A DNA stretch of 64,000 nt. Source: Sphagnum compactum. Its lineage: Eukaryota. The DNA lies in NCBI GenBank assembly GCA_965153455.1, contig OZ234493.1, forward strand, positions 21,132,213 to 21,196,212, given 5' to 3'. The translations under genes were made by a program, and so were the position numbers. Shown here piece by piece: positions 51,756 through 64,000 of the stretch (within the stretch, counting starts at the first letter, position 1; every line of letters starts with the position of its first letter). The notes beneath the pieces are model-generated. The model was given only the letters and a program-made list of their open reading frames with translations. It did no database searches and was not told the origin of the DNA.

Positions 51756-53099
51756 AGCATTTTGGTTTCTTTGAGAGGATTTTTTGAAGATCATATTTTT
51801 GCATAGTGAAATATTTGGGTTTCCATAATTCTTCTTTTGCCTCAAGATTCTTTTAAATGTAAATGGCAAGGCCACAGTGTGACACACCCCTTGTATTTTT
51901 ATTTGTTTTTTTGGCTTGAACACTTTCATTGGGCTTATTGCTGACAAAATTTATTTCAAATCCCATGCATTAAATATTGTGGTACTGAGTTTCACCCATT
52001 ATTCAATGAAATTCTTTATATTATTTTATGAATAACAAAGGATGAAATTGAAATAAGAGGTAAAAGGATGAAAGGAAAACCCCAAAGGCATGATGATCAC
52101 TTTATGGATTTCTCTATTGTATTAAAGTTATCTGTAAAGTCACCCTCTCTTTCACCCCCTATCCCCTCTGCTTTCACCCCCTGATCCCCTCTTTGAGTAA
52201 AGTAAGGAAATTTTATTAAATCTCAGTATGAAATGCTTGACTCTAGCTGAAGTTGACATGATGAGAGACTCTCTTCTCCCACACGCCATCCAGAGAGACA
52301 CAAGGTCTTCTTATCTGTGGTTTGTTGCAAGTTGCAACTTCAGGAGTGCTACTGGTGGGCACACAAAATCTTGGAAATTGTTATTGTGAAATCCATGTTT
52401 TTGGAAGAACCCTTTTCTCAAAGCAAAAGTATCATTGAATAGGTAGTAATAGTAGCAGCATACTTTGTGTTGATTGGGTTGTTGCTGCTGATGCTGGAGG
52501 CTTCCCTGCTGCTTCATTTTTGGCACATGAGAGCTCTATTGTTAAATTATCATGACCAAAAGGCACCAGTTCCAATTGTAGAAGTTGAAGTGTGTGTGAA
52601 AAGCATCTGTCACCAGCATATGAAGGCAATCAATCAGTGAGCTTTTAGCTCAATTGCTGGGTATATTTTACCAGCTGTTGGTGGGCTATGGCCCACTACT
52701 ATTGTTGTGCTGCACTAGTGCAAAAAGTCAGAACTGAACTGAAGTCTTCTTGTCCTTCTTTTGGATTCCAAGTACAAGACTAAAAAGATCAATATTGTTT
52801 GGTTCTTAGTTTGGAAGAGAGGTTTTCTTTGTTCCAATTTTGGTTAGTTTTTGACTTATTATATACTCTTTTGGTTTGTCTTTTGGATTTGTCCTTCTGT
52901 TAATTTTTGTTATCCTTTTAACAAGATAAAAGGGGTTTCGGGTGTCTCATTTGAATATATATATATGTTTTTTCTTTTGGTTCGACATTTTGAATGATGA
53001 TGTATGTCATGTAAATGTTTTTGGGAAGTTTTCCAATGTTTTTGCGAAGTTGTGATGTTTTTGCCAAGTTAAGGAATGTTTTCCAAATAATTTTTGCGA

Positions 53100-54560
53100 T
53101 CCTTTCTCAATGTTTCATCAAAGTTTTATTATATTTGTTATGTTTTTTCTATCCCTACTGATTTTTTTTTATCAACTTGCCTCTTTTTACACAACCTTCG
53201 TGCAAGTTTTAAAAAGAATTTTAGGTCTAGGTTCTTTGGATTGGCCATAGGCCCCTTTGGTGCGCAAACATGTTTTTCTTCACATGTTCAAGTGGGATCA
53301 CAACGATAACATTGGCCATAGATCACCCCTTTCTCATTCTCATGGGGGATTGTCCTCATTTCCACAAAGTTCATCCAATCAGTTTTCTATTTGAAAAGTT
53401 GGGCATTTGTTGCACCTATCATTGTCACTTGTTCTTATTGGTGGCATAAGTTTCAATAGTTTTCATATGTTCTTTTTCAACCCATTTAAGGTTGGCATAG
53501 GAGTTCCTTCCTTTGAATGTGGTGGCTTACATTCCTTTGTTGTGTAGTTTGCAAAAAAAAAAAGGAGTAAATCAATTTCAAGAAATCATTTCAAATAGAT
53601 TACATGACCATTCTTTCTTTCGTATCATCTTTGACATGGCTTTTGATTCACATCGCACATGCTTGAAATCCTACATGGGCCTAAGGGCAAGTGCATGGTT
53701 TTTTTGCTTGCTTGGTCATTTCATCTTTTAGTTTGACTTCATTGGTTTTTCTTTGCATTGCACACTAAGTTGGGCCTCCCCCATTGTTTAGTTTTCAAGT
53801 TAACCCATTGCATTTGTGGCTAGCCTTTATATCCAGTAGAGACCACATTTTTTATTGTTTCCATGGTGGGGAACGAACTACATCCCATGATGTTGTTCAA
53901 TATACCTTTGCTTCCATCACGAAAGACACGAGGTTTCACATTTTACACGAACAAACCCATGTCTTTCCATCTCCTACCTTTTAGTTTTCTCACTAGTGGG
54001 TTGACATCGTGTTATTAGTTGATGACATCTATACATTAGCCAATGTTGTTGTTGATCCCATTTGAACAAAATTGGTTTTGTGTGTTGTTTCATCTTTCGG
54101 GGTGATTGTTACGATTGATGTTTAAGTGAAGGAAAGATTTTATCAAGATCAACATTTGATAAATGTGTTTCTTCCTTTTGTTATAGAACTTTTTAGTTGT
54201 TGACACCAACAAGTGAATGATTTTTTTCATAAATGTGCTAACATGACATGGTCAACAAAGAGCACAAGTCACCTTCTTTTGGTTGTTTTGCATGTTTTCT
54301 ACAGACAAAGGGTGCTACAATTTTGTAAAATATTTAAATTACTTTTATTTTGAAGTGCACTGTCGTTGTAGGTGAAGGCTATTATAGGCTTATTACTCTT
54401 ATAGGTTTTTCATCTTTTTCTACTTATAATATACTTCATACCATTGGTGGTGATTGGTGAGGACTTTGGAACATGAATTGTTCCTTTGCCCCTTGGTGAC
54501 CCATTTTGGATTTTGTCCTTGGAGCTTGAATCCTTTTTCTTTGTTTCTTTTTTTCCCTTT
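53100..54560 (+). mobile_element. Decayed non-LTR retrotransposon 3' portion with zinc knuckle and restriction-like endonuclease (CRE/R2-type)
   Basis: Reading through two TAG stops in one frame: HIFYCFHGGERTTSHDVVQYTFASITKDTRFHILHEQ...WVDIVLLVDDIYTLANVVVDP. Downstream: KERFYQDQH...FLPFVIELFS. This follows the C..H...HD / D-x-D / K..Y...P..E pattern of RLE domains. Boundaries approximate. Confidence 0.62.
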
Positions 54561-57500
54561 TGGTGGGTGCTTTGTTTAATGGTGTTTGCCAAGGTTTCAT
54601 AATTTCATTTGGGTTTTTAATTATTTTTTAAAATTTTCATTAAACCTTGGATGTGATTTTGAGTAGGGTTCTCAAAATTTTTGTTCCAACTTGATATTTA
54701 TTAACCTTCATAAAAAAATTTGTTCATGGGTAAAGATGGATTGTAACAATATTTAAGGTTAATTTTTAGTTCCACCAGAATGTTAGTTAAATGGATTTGT
54801 TTAGGTATTGGTTTTAGCATGAGGATAGTAGCACGTTTCAAGATTAGGTTTCGATTCCAAGAAGAAAACTGAATTCTTGGTCTAGCTACCTAAAACAAAT
54901 TAAAAACTTAAAACTAACCAACAGTAATAAAGACCTTGTTAAATTAACATGAGATCCTTATAGAGTTTTGCTAATAATGGGCAACATGGGCAAAAAAGTG
55001 AGGTCAACTACAAATTTTTAAGAAACTTGGGCTTTGCATTGTTGTGCATTTAATTGTGATGACTAATAGATGAAATAAATGAATTGATTTTGTGAAAATT
55101 AAGTTGAATTTGAATGAAATTCTTGAATGACATTACATGCAACTCAAATTGAATTGAATAGCTTAATTCAAACAATTCAATTGGTAAATTGAATTCAAAT
55201 TCAATTGAGAAAAAAAAGTTACAAATTGGTGTAAAGGATATTAAAAATTTGTTCACCATTATGATGTTGAAAAAATTAAAATATCTTGAAAAGACATAGA
55301 TATAGAAAGACACCTTTCCATTCTTCTTTAATCGGGAATCAACTAAAACAAATTTCAATGTGAAATCGTCCAAAGGATGCCTTATCAAAGTTCAAGTTAT
55401 CTTACTTAAACCAATTCCAATGATTCATTGTTGCTAGAACAAAAGGTGATAAATGACAACCTTTGAAGATTAGAACTTGTTTTGAGCTTGCCCATCTATG
55501 TGAGAGACACAAGGGCTAGCTATTTGTGAGGGATTGAGAAGTGCAAGCTAGGATTCCTTTTGCCCACATAGTGGATTTTATGTAAATTATTTCTTTACAT
55601 ATTTGCATATTTTGAGCTCCTTTATGGCCATCAGGGTTACCACACAAGCATCAAACATTCACACTTATTGTTAGGTAGATTGTAGTTTTTAACAATCAAA
55701 GGCTATATTTTTTTGCCAAGATTCAAGATGAGAGACTTTGAATCATGTTTTCCATGTACTCAAATTATTCACATCTATATATCCAATGAATGACATGTTT
55801 ACTTATTCATAGAAGATGGTATGTCATACATGTCAATTTTAACCTTGAAAATTTGGATGTGAAATTCATGAAATTCATTCATGATTTCTTTTAATAACAA
55901 ACCTCATTCAAATCCTTAACTTTCAAGGGCAAGGTTGATAGGAACTCACCCCTTCACCATGAACAAATTTAACCCTTGGAGGTCCTCTCCCCCCCCCCTT
56001 TCATTTTTTGGGGATGTTTTTTGCAACAAAAAAGCACAATGCAACTTATACAAAGGATTTTGGTGAAAAAAATGCAAGCTATGGATTGGGGATTTAGTGG
56101 TGTACTACCAAAAAGGTTCAAGAGTATGTTGGAATTTCTGAAAAATCAAAACCTTGGGATGTTTACAAGAAAAAGTCGCCAAATTTCTAGCGAAAAATTC
56201 TAGAATTATCATATAATTTAGACAATAGGTTCTAGCAAGTTGTCAAAAATATTGCATGATTCTTCAACTTTTTTAATTTTCAACTCTCTCTAACCTGTAG
56301 CCAAATTTGGCTAATTCCTCTTGTTGATGATCATCAATTTGGCTAAACAACAAAAACTAAAAAAAATTGAAAACATAATCAATTTTCCTCTTGAATTATA
56401 ATACTTTTGTAATACATTTAACACTACATATGTTATAATTATTATTGTAGTAACTTTATTATTATTCCTGTAGAGTGTTTCCTCAGCTTCCTCTCTCCTG
56501 CTTTCTTCTAACAAAAAGACAAGAATTAATAAAATCTTTGAGCATCCTGAGCTTGGAGCCAATTTGCAATTGATGGCAGCAAAATTATAATCCAAGTCCC
56601 TTGTAAATGTGATGAGCCTGCTAATTGTCAGAATTGCATTAAATAATAGGGAAAAATACTAAAGACAAAAAATGAGTGGTAAGTTTTATGACCAAAATGA
56701 TTAGATACATGGGACCAAAGCTAACACACACTAACTTATATAAAAGGTTAGTTTCAAATGGCAACAATGGCTTAAAAAAATATCCAACCCAAATCATGGG
56801 TCAGTTTAGAACTCTACAATTCAGGGTGGGTTGGTTGTAGGGTTTAGGGTTTAAGGTCTGGTTTGTGTTAAATTCTATCTAATGTCCTTCAGTCATTCTT
56901 GGGATTTTTTAGGGTTTGTACAAATTTTAGTGCAAATGAATGTGTTATATAGATCTTCTTGTATTATATTTGGATCTCTTACCCTTTTTGTACATGTGTA
57001 CCTTATGAATTTTTTTTAACCCTACAAAAATAAAATTCCATATCTCACTATGTAGTAAATGGGACTCCAAAACCCTAAATTCCTTACAAGCTTTCCTGGA
57101 ATTGCTGAAGATGATGAGGGAGGGAGGGAAGGAAGGAGGGAGGAGGGAAGGGAAAGGTTGAAATACTATTCATTGGGAAAGTACTTATATATATATTCTA
57201 CATTTATTATATATTATCATTCATTAACTTCAAACTAATGATATTATATCATAACCTAATCTTTTAAAACTATCATCCTTCTATGGATGAATCATTCAAT
57301 TATTTGCAATATATTTCTCACAATATAATTTAATATGCATAATGGACTTTCGGTTATTGCTTAACTCCAAATAATTAACTAAATAATTCATGAATCCAAA
57401 AATCTAAGTCCCTAACCAAAAGGAATTCAAGGTAAAATTCGTTGTGTGTATTATTTATTTGTCATATATGCATTATTATTTATAATTTTTATTCGTAGTA

Positions 57501-57650
57501 ACTCATTTTGATATTATAAGGATTTTCTCAAATTAAGGGGCATGGCATGAAACAATATTCAAGCCTAGCCTAACATTTTGCAAAAATCCCCCAACAACTA
57601 TAACACATAAATCAAATAGTATATCATGAACTAAACATTCATATGTAAAG

Positions 57651-57757
57651 AGGAGTAAGAGGGGGAGTGTTCTTATGCTTTTTCCTTCAAAAGGAATGTC
57701 CACAATTATAGGTGAAAGATCACTCCCACCTTAAGGAGTAGGTGTAATATCCCTCCT
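57651..57757 (-). mobile_element. ~107-bp mini-element, unexpanded relative of the 16759-17310 array
   Basis: The reverse complement AGGAGGGATATTACACCTACTCCTTAAG-GTGGGAGTGATCTTTCACCTA aligns with 16759 AGGAGCCATATTACACCTATTCCTTAAGAGTGGGAGGGACCTTAAGCCTA. Both elements read AGGAG...CTCCT at their ends. Confidence 0.7.
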
Positions 57758-59822
57758 TTTCCTTAAAAGGGATATTTGGAGATATAGGTTAGTATTCTAA
57801 AATTTTAATACAAACAATTATGTTCTAAATTCTTTATTTTCTTGGAAAAATTTTGCCAATTTTGTTGAGGTTAAAAAATTTGGAGAAAAATTTGTTTCAT
57901 TTCAACTTAGTTTAGAGCAATTTTAAATCAATCTTTTACAATTGTGTTGCCAAACATTTTAAATTTCTATTGGGATGATTGACATCGAGGTTACAAAACT
58001 ACCAAAAAATTTAGTAAATGATAGGATGCATCGTTGTTTATGCAATCCACCATAAAATATTAGAATATAATAGTCGGATATGACCACTACAAGCTTAAGA
58101 ACATTTCCATTGGGTTGTTTGGACAACGATCCTTCAACTTGCAAAGTAATGGCTCTTTTGGAAGAAACTATTCACGATGTAACAATGAAATTTTACATTT
58201 CTCTCACATTTTTTCTAGCACTTTAATCTTGCACATTGTTTTTATCCCTTGTGTTCAAAATTTACTCTCATGTGTGAAAAAATTGCCCGACTTTGTTTTG
58301 GCAATAGAGAGCAAGCATGATCAAATATACATAAAAAATAAAAATGTAGAAATTAGGGTCCTTTTTTTTTTATCAATATCCACCAAAAGTCAAAACTTGC
58401 ACGATGTCACTTGCACATATTAAACTATAGACACTAATATCAAATGAAGATATTATCTTTTGTGGATATTAGGCAAAACATAAAACATACCGAAAAAAAC
58501 ACAAGGTTGCATTATTGATTTATGAATCACCTCTTTGATCACTTGTGGGTTGAAAGGCAATAGTCATATTACATGTAAATAATATGATTAGTTGCAATTT
58601 TTTTCTACTATTTTTCTTTCTTTATTATTTAAATGATTAGTTACTTAGGATTGTTCTAATTCATTAGGTTTGTAATGTGCAAAGCCCAAGAAGGACACTA
58701 AATGTTGAGATTGTAAACTAGATGAGTCAAACAAGGATAGAGGGGAGAGGGGGTATTCTAGGCGAGAAGATTTTTCCCCCTTTCCCACCCTATTATTACT
58801 TAATTATCATTTATATTTTCCAGATTTTCATGTTTATGGGTGTAAATGAAGATATCATAAATTGTCTATGTTTGATGTGGTTGAAAATGGTAGAAGACCA
58901 AATAGGGGTGTGGATGGAGTTGTTATAAGGATCATGTCCTAATGCAACTAGGTATATCTAAATCAATAAATGTTTTTTTAAAAAAAAATCGCCATTCTAT
59001 AGAAAAAAAAGGGGGATCAATTGAATTTATTAAAAAAAAATGTAAATATGAATAATTTTGCTATTTAAAAAAATTGCCAAATTTCCAATACACAAAATTG
59101 AAAGAAAATCCTGATTTGAATCATATGCCAACATGAGTATACCACCTTTTCAAAAATAAATTTTTACCTTCTATCCTCTAGGGTGAATGACAATGATATA
59201 AAATTGAAAAGTTGTTGCTTAGCTTTTATGCTATAGGGTAGGATGGAAATGCCATGTTAAGACTGAAATTGGGGTGAAATATAATTTGGCAATATATTTT
59301 TTTTATTGTAAACACAAACATTGTAAAGCAATGGAATATCCAAGATTGTAAAATAGATTTTTCACAAAAAAAATCACATGGTTTACAATTGTGTTGAAAA
59401 TTATATTTCCAATGCAAACCCAATGTAGAAGAGTGAGTGATTTGATCAACTATTGGCATATTAGACTTTGAATTGGATAACCCATGACTTCTAAGCCTCT
59501 CTAATTGAACATAAGTGAATTTGCCCAAGTTAGTTGTGTTCTTCAGTGCATATGTCAAATGTTGTAGACCTAATTTCCATCATGATTTACTTTTCACTTG
59601 ATACCTTCCACACATGAAAAATATGGTTCAATTCCAACTTCTTTTCAATTTGTTGATATTTGTGGGTGTTCTTTGAAACTCAAGGAAGATAGAATTAGGC
59701 TAATGGCCTTCTAGTTATTTGGCCTTTGGCTTAAAATAGTTTAAAATTCTTTTATTCGAGTGTTTGATTGTGTGTATTATGTAAGAATTCCAAGTGTAGA
59801 ACTAGTATTATATTTTGTATAT

Positions 59823-59995
59823 AGGTGCGTTCACACTTGGTGTTAGGGACTCTAATGTCGAGTCCCTTAACAACATACTAGTTATTTTAAGACTTAAACT
59901 TACTTATCATGAAGATTTTATGTGAAGTTAACATTCACTTAACATCAAGCCATCGTCCATTTAACATTGATGAAACGTCAAGCGTGAATGCACCT
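59823..59995. mobile_element. ~173-bp MITE, PIF/Harbinger (Tourist)-like
   Basis: TIRs AGGTGCGTTCACACTTGGTGTT / AACGTCAAGCGTGAATGCACCT match 18/22. Flanks are T/A-rich (TAT/TTA); the TSD is not exact. Confidence 0.68.
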
Positions 59996-60714
59996 TTAGA
60001 TTGATGTTCATATAGAGGTGTTTGAAAATTTCTCGATTATGGAGGCACGAGTACCATCAAATACATGTTTTCTATGTCACATGTTCCCATTTGGAATGTA
60101 ACAAAGTGTTTTCACCTTTTACTTGCGGGGGCCATAGTTTGTACACATACCATATGTTTTCTAATTTATTCTATACGATGGACCTGATTAAATCCATAGT
60201 GTAAATGATAGATTTCGATCCCAATCCTTCTTCCACTCTTGTATTTGGGGTAAGTCTTTGCTCATTATTTTTACCTTGACCTTCATTGGATGAGTTATGC
60301 AAACATGTTCTCCAATATTTGGAATTTATTTATTGTGTTTGGCTTTATTATTTTGCACAAACCCAAATTTCCAAATTTTACACAAAACTAGAAAAATTGG
60401 AAGTATTTGTTGGCTATTTGTGAGTTGGATTTGCACTTTTGGTGATATGTGAATGGATAGTAATAGGGTGAGAGCATCAACTCCACCCATACCCCTCTAT
60501 GTGGGCCTCTACAATTGCCCTTACCACATCTAAACGGCTTATCACATTCAAACATAACATAGAGTGTTAATTATTTCCCGATGCACACTTTATAAACATG
60601 AGAAATATAAAGTATAAAATGTGGTAAGAAAAATTTACATCATAAATTTTTAATGTATAAAATGAGAGACACTATTTTAAATGCCACCACCAATCATTGT
60701 AGTTGCCATTGGAA

Positions 60715-61255
60715 AGCAATCATTTTCTTGTATTAACCCCTTTTTGCAGTCACTCATTTTCTTGTATTAACCCCTTTTTGCAGTCACTCACTGAATGAAT
60801 GTTGTACAAAAATTAGGGTTCCAAAACTCAATTTTACACTATTTAAATGGGCACCATCTAAGGTCAATTATTATGGCTGACCAAATAGAAGCAATTATTT
60901 TCTCGTACTAAGTACTAATCCTTTTGGTTTGGCTCACTCACTACGTCTTTGCGAATTTTAGAGGTCCAAACTCAATTTACACTATTTATTCTTGGCCAAT
61001 TAAAAGCAATCATTTTCTTTTACCAACCGTGTCGGGGTGGGTCACTCACTCACTATCTCTTGTTGAAAATTAGGGTTCCAAACTTGATTCACATCGGGGT
61101 GGGTCACTCGGTCACTCACTATCTCTTGTTGAAAATTAGGGTTCCAAACATGATTCACACTATTTATTCGTGACTGATTAAAAGTCATCATTTTCTTTTA
61201 CCGACCATTTTGGGGTCACTCACTATGTCTTGTTTGAGAATTAGGGGTTCAAACC
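60715..61255. repeat. Degenerate tandem repeat region
   Basis: An exact ~35-bp duplication at 60720-60790, then ~5 copies of CACTCACTAT...TTGTTGAAAATTAGGGTTCCAAAC. Confidence 0.75.
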
Positions 61256-61722
61256 AGTGTTGTTGGGTGGTACCCACTTTGGCAGGTTAGAAGTGTCAGT
61301 TGTGATTCTGGTTAGCAACAACAGACTGAAACTGGGTCTGAGTTTCAGAACTAGAACTGTTTTTCAAAAAAAAGAAAAGAACTGGGACTGTTTCATACAA
61401 CACAAGAGACATTTGAAACAAAGTATTTAAATATTGAAATTTTGGGGGAGTGCAAGCTCTCCCCTTTTTGTCCAAAGTTTCAGTGTTGCTCTTTCAGACT
61501 CCTCTTACATCTGTTCACTACCAGAGTACATATGGAGTATTACAAAGTCTGCAATCTAGCACAAGTGTATTTTGCTGAGGGTTTTGGGTTTTTCCTTGGC
61601 AGTGAAGAAAAAACCGCAACTAAACACCTCAAGCTCAATCCTCATCTGTAACTGAGGTCGCAAGGCCCAGCACTGGGTTTGTTGTATGTACAACCGATTC
61701 AAGGGGCCTGGAGAAGTCAAAA

Positions 61723-61755
61723 TTTAGGGTTTAGGGTTTAGGGTCAAATTTAGGG
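61723..61755. repeat. Interstitial telomeric tract (TTTAGGG)3+1 in the presumed PP2C 3'UTR
   Basis: TTTAGGG x3, TCAAA, TTTAGGG; 25-57 bp downstream of the PP2C stop codon. Confidence 0.8.
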
Positions 61756-61779
61756 CTTGGGGCCTTCTTCCTGCTCCTA

Positions 61780-63192
61780 TCATTGAGCTTGCTGAGAGTG
61801 CATGTCCAGTGGATGAACAACATGTGTTGGTTGTTTACATAATGGGTCTGATCCTGGAGCAGCTTCCGCTGCCAATCTCTCCTTATCTCCAGCTGAAAAT
61901 CTTGGAAGGTTAAGGAGAGAGTTCACACGTGTCACCCCTTCCAGAGCTGACCATTCTTCGGTTTCATCCGCACCCAGCCAATCTGCTAAACTGCGTTGCT
62001 TACGAGGTGTACTGCTGTTGTCCTTAGTAGCCTTGCCAGCAGCAGGAATCATAACTGCCATCACTGATGATGCAGAAGGAGAAGAAGATTGTGGGTCTCT
62101 ATTTTCAGTTGAAGCAGAAGAAGCACTGGTGTTCTTCAGTGTTGAAGAACTTCTGGCAGCTTCTTTCACCAAAACTTCTGTCAAAGGGCCGCTGATCTTC
62201 TTCGTGCCATGTGCATTCAAAGGCTGCTGGTTGAGATGGGTGGGTTCTTGATGTTGTGGACAAGACGATTGCTCCTTGGCATTGAGATGGGTGGGTTGTT
62301 GATGTTGTTCTTCGGTTTTGAGCAGAAGTTCAGAAGTTGGAAAAACCGTGTGATCCAAGTAAAGACAAACAACAGCACAATCATCCACTTTGGAGGTTGG
62401 GTATTTCAGTCTCCAAACACGTACAGCAGATTCCACCACGGCCCGAGCTGCTGTTGCACGTGTGGGTGCTGAAGCTACAATGTGAACCACTTCCTCATTG
62501 CTCAACACATCCCATATCTGCAAAGTCTCCAAGGAATATGTAGCTGCTCTTGTAATTCAACAAAGCTGAATACAATTGCAGCTGCTCTATGTGGGATGGA
62601 GATCATCAATTGGATCATCATTTTCATCAATTGGGTCAGCAGAAGAATTTGACAAGCAGATAACAATGGCAGCTTTCAGTAGACAAAAACAAGATGGTGG
62701 TGTTTGAGAGACCTACCCCATCAGTTGCCAAAACAATGAACTGGTCTTGGTCAGTCAACAGCCGGTGTGACAGCTCTGGTACAGCAATAACTCCATAATC
62801 TTTCAAACAGAAGTCACCAAATGCTCTGGCCATGGCTAAACCCGGTGCATCATCAAATGGCAACCACACACGAGGAACTTCTGGCTCATCATGAAGGGCA
62901 AATACTCGACCCTTACATTGCCTGATACGCTCTGCCTCTTCTGTGATAGAAGCCATGGCCCCCTAAGAGATTATCTTCAGAGAAAAACAATGCACAGCAA
63001 AAAAGATACAATAATGACAAAGGGACTCATTGATTGATCAATCTCAAGCAAATTTGGCAAAGATTTTCTTACTTGGCAAGTTGGGCTTCAGATCTACAGT
63101 CAACTGGATGGCTTTCAATGCACCGATTTCATCTTTTGTTGCCAGGATTGCTCTAGAATCTCCCACATTTGCAATCACAAGATGATGACCCT

Positions 63193-63231
<39 letters not shown>

Positions 63232-64000
63232 CACACACACACACACAAGCATGTAAAGAACAAGCTCAGGAAACTACCACATAATTCATTCAGTGAGCTT
63301 GCTGTAGCACAAATGCATATATACTGCAACAAAACCCAAAGGTTGACATTCAGCTTTTGCTGCATTCGTGCAGGAGAAAAAAACAACCTGAAGGTACACA
63401 TTCAGATTTTGCTGCATTTGCACAGGGGAAAGAAAACCAACAACCTGAAGCAGCTCCATAGCTCAATGCAAAATGCCTGAAGCTGAATACAAAATTTTAT
63501 GAGAAAGATTATATATGGATCATCATCAGGTGCAAAGTTGTGAAGGAAGTTTACATCCCACCCCACCTGCTTCAATACGGTTACAGTTGTGGTTCCGCTA
63601 CAGAAACAGTCGAGATTCTGATGCGAAAAGAGCTCCTGGTCCATCACTCTGTATGCCTTCAAATGCGACTCCTTCCAAGCTCCAAACATTGAAGTCTCTG
63701 GCCTGGAACTTCCCTGCTGCTGCAGCGGCAGTGCTCCTCCTACTCCTCCTCCTCCCTGCACCATGTCTTCTTGTGGTAGTGCACCAGCTTGTCTTCCTCC
63801 AGTCTGTGGTTGTTGCAGATTTTGCTGCAGCATCAGCAGCCCACCGTATTGCATGGACTTCAATGGCTGTTCTTCTTCTTGTGATCTGTGACCTTCTTCT
63901 TTGACTAGGGTTTGTTGCTGCTCCCAGTAATGGAAAAGCTTTGACGGCAAAGAGTCTCTCACCCTCTTGGCAACCAGATGTCCATATGGACCATGTCCAT
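61780..64000 (-). CDS. Protein phosphatase 2C, clade E-like; 5' end outside the window
   Basis: Exons >64000-63567, 63190-63073, 62940-62717 and 62517-61780 (TGA) are phase-consistent. Motifs: (D)GHGPYGH, SGTT, ANVGDSRA, GLAMARAFGD, LATDGIWDVLSNEE, SKVDDCAVVCL, and C-terminal EWSALEGVTRVNSLLNLPRF typical of clade E. Confidence 0.95.

Larger units (their letters stand above)
49027..52247. repeat. ~115-bp inverted repeat pair ~3 kb apart
   Basis: The reverse complement of 49027-49145 aligns with 52122-52247 (AAGTTATC.GTAAAGTCACCCTCTCTTTCA...CTATCCCCTCT...TTTTATTAAA.CTCAGTATGA). Confidence 0.75.

Noticed and set aside
1..64000. A functionally linked novel gene cluster (HAT, F-box, Kelch, MAKR, PP2C)
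   Set aside because: All are common plant regulatory families separated by TE-rich spacers, and nothing in the sequence indicates co-regulation or a shared pathway.

Overview
Eukaryotic plant genomic DNA. Gene structure, AT-rich TE-derived intergenic DNA and TTTAGGG tracts suggest a bryophyte, probably a moss such as Sphagnum; this is inference. Five protein-coding genes can be reconstructed by hand: a 5'-truncated HAC1-like CBP/p300 histone acetyltransferase (+, <1-7832, 15 exons visible), an F-box/kelch-type gene (+, 18971-21300), a convergent six-blade Kelch-repeat gene (-, ~22941-26377), a MAKR/BKI1-family kinase regulator with an intronless CDS (-, 43948-45783) and a 5'-truncated clade-E-like PP2C (-, 61780->64000). 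Between them are decayed Gypsy and Copia LTR-retrotransposon remnants joined head to tail, an RLE-type non-LTR remnant, several MITEs and many local tandem duplications. I found no rRNA, tRNA, CRISPR array or convincing novel multi-gene system. The most unusual structure is a near-perfect 9 x 55/56-bp array (16773-17270). It appears to have grown inside a ~108-bp inverted-repeat mini-element whose unexpanded relative lies at 57651-57757. All family assignments come from motif recognition by eye, not database searches.
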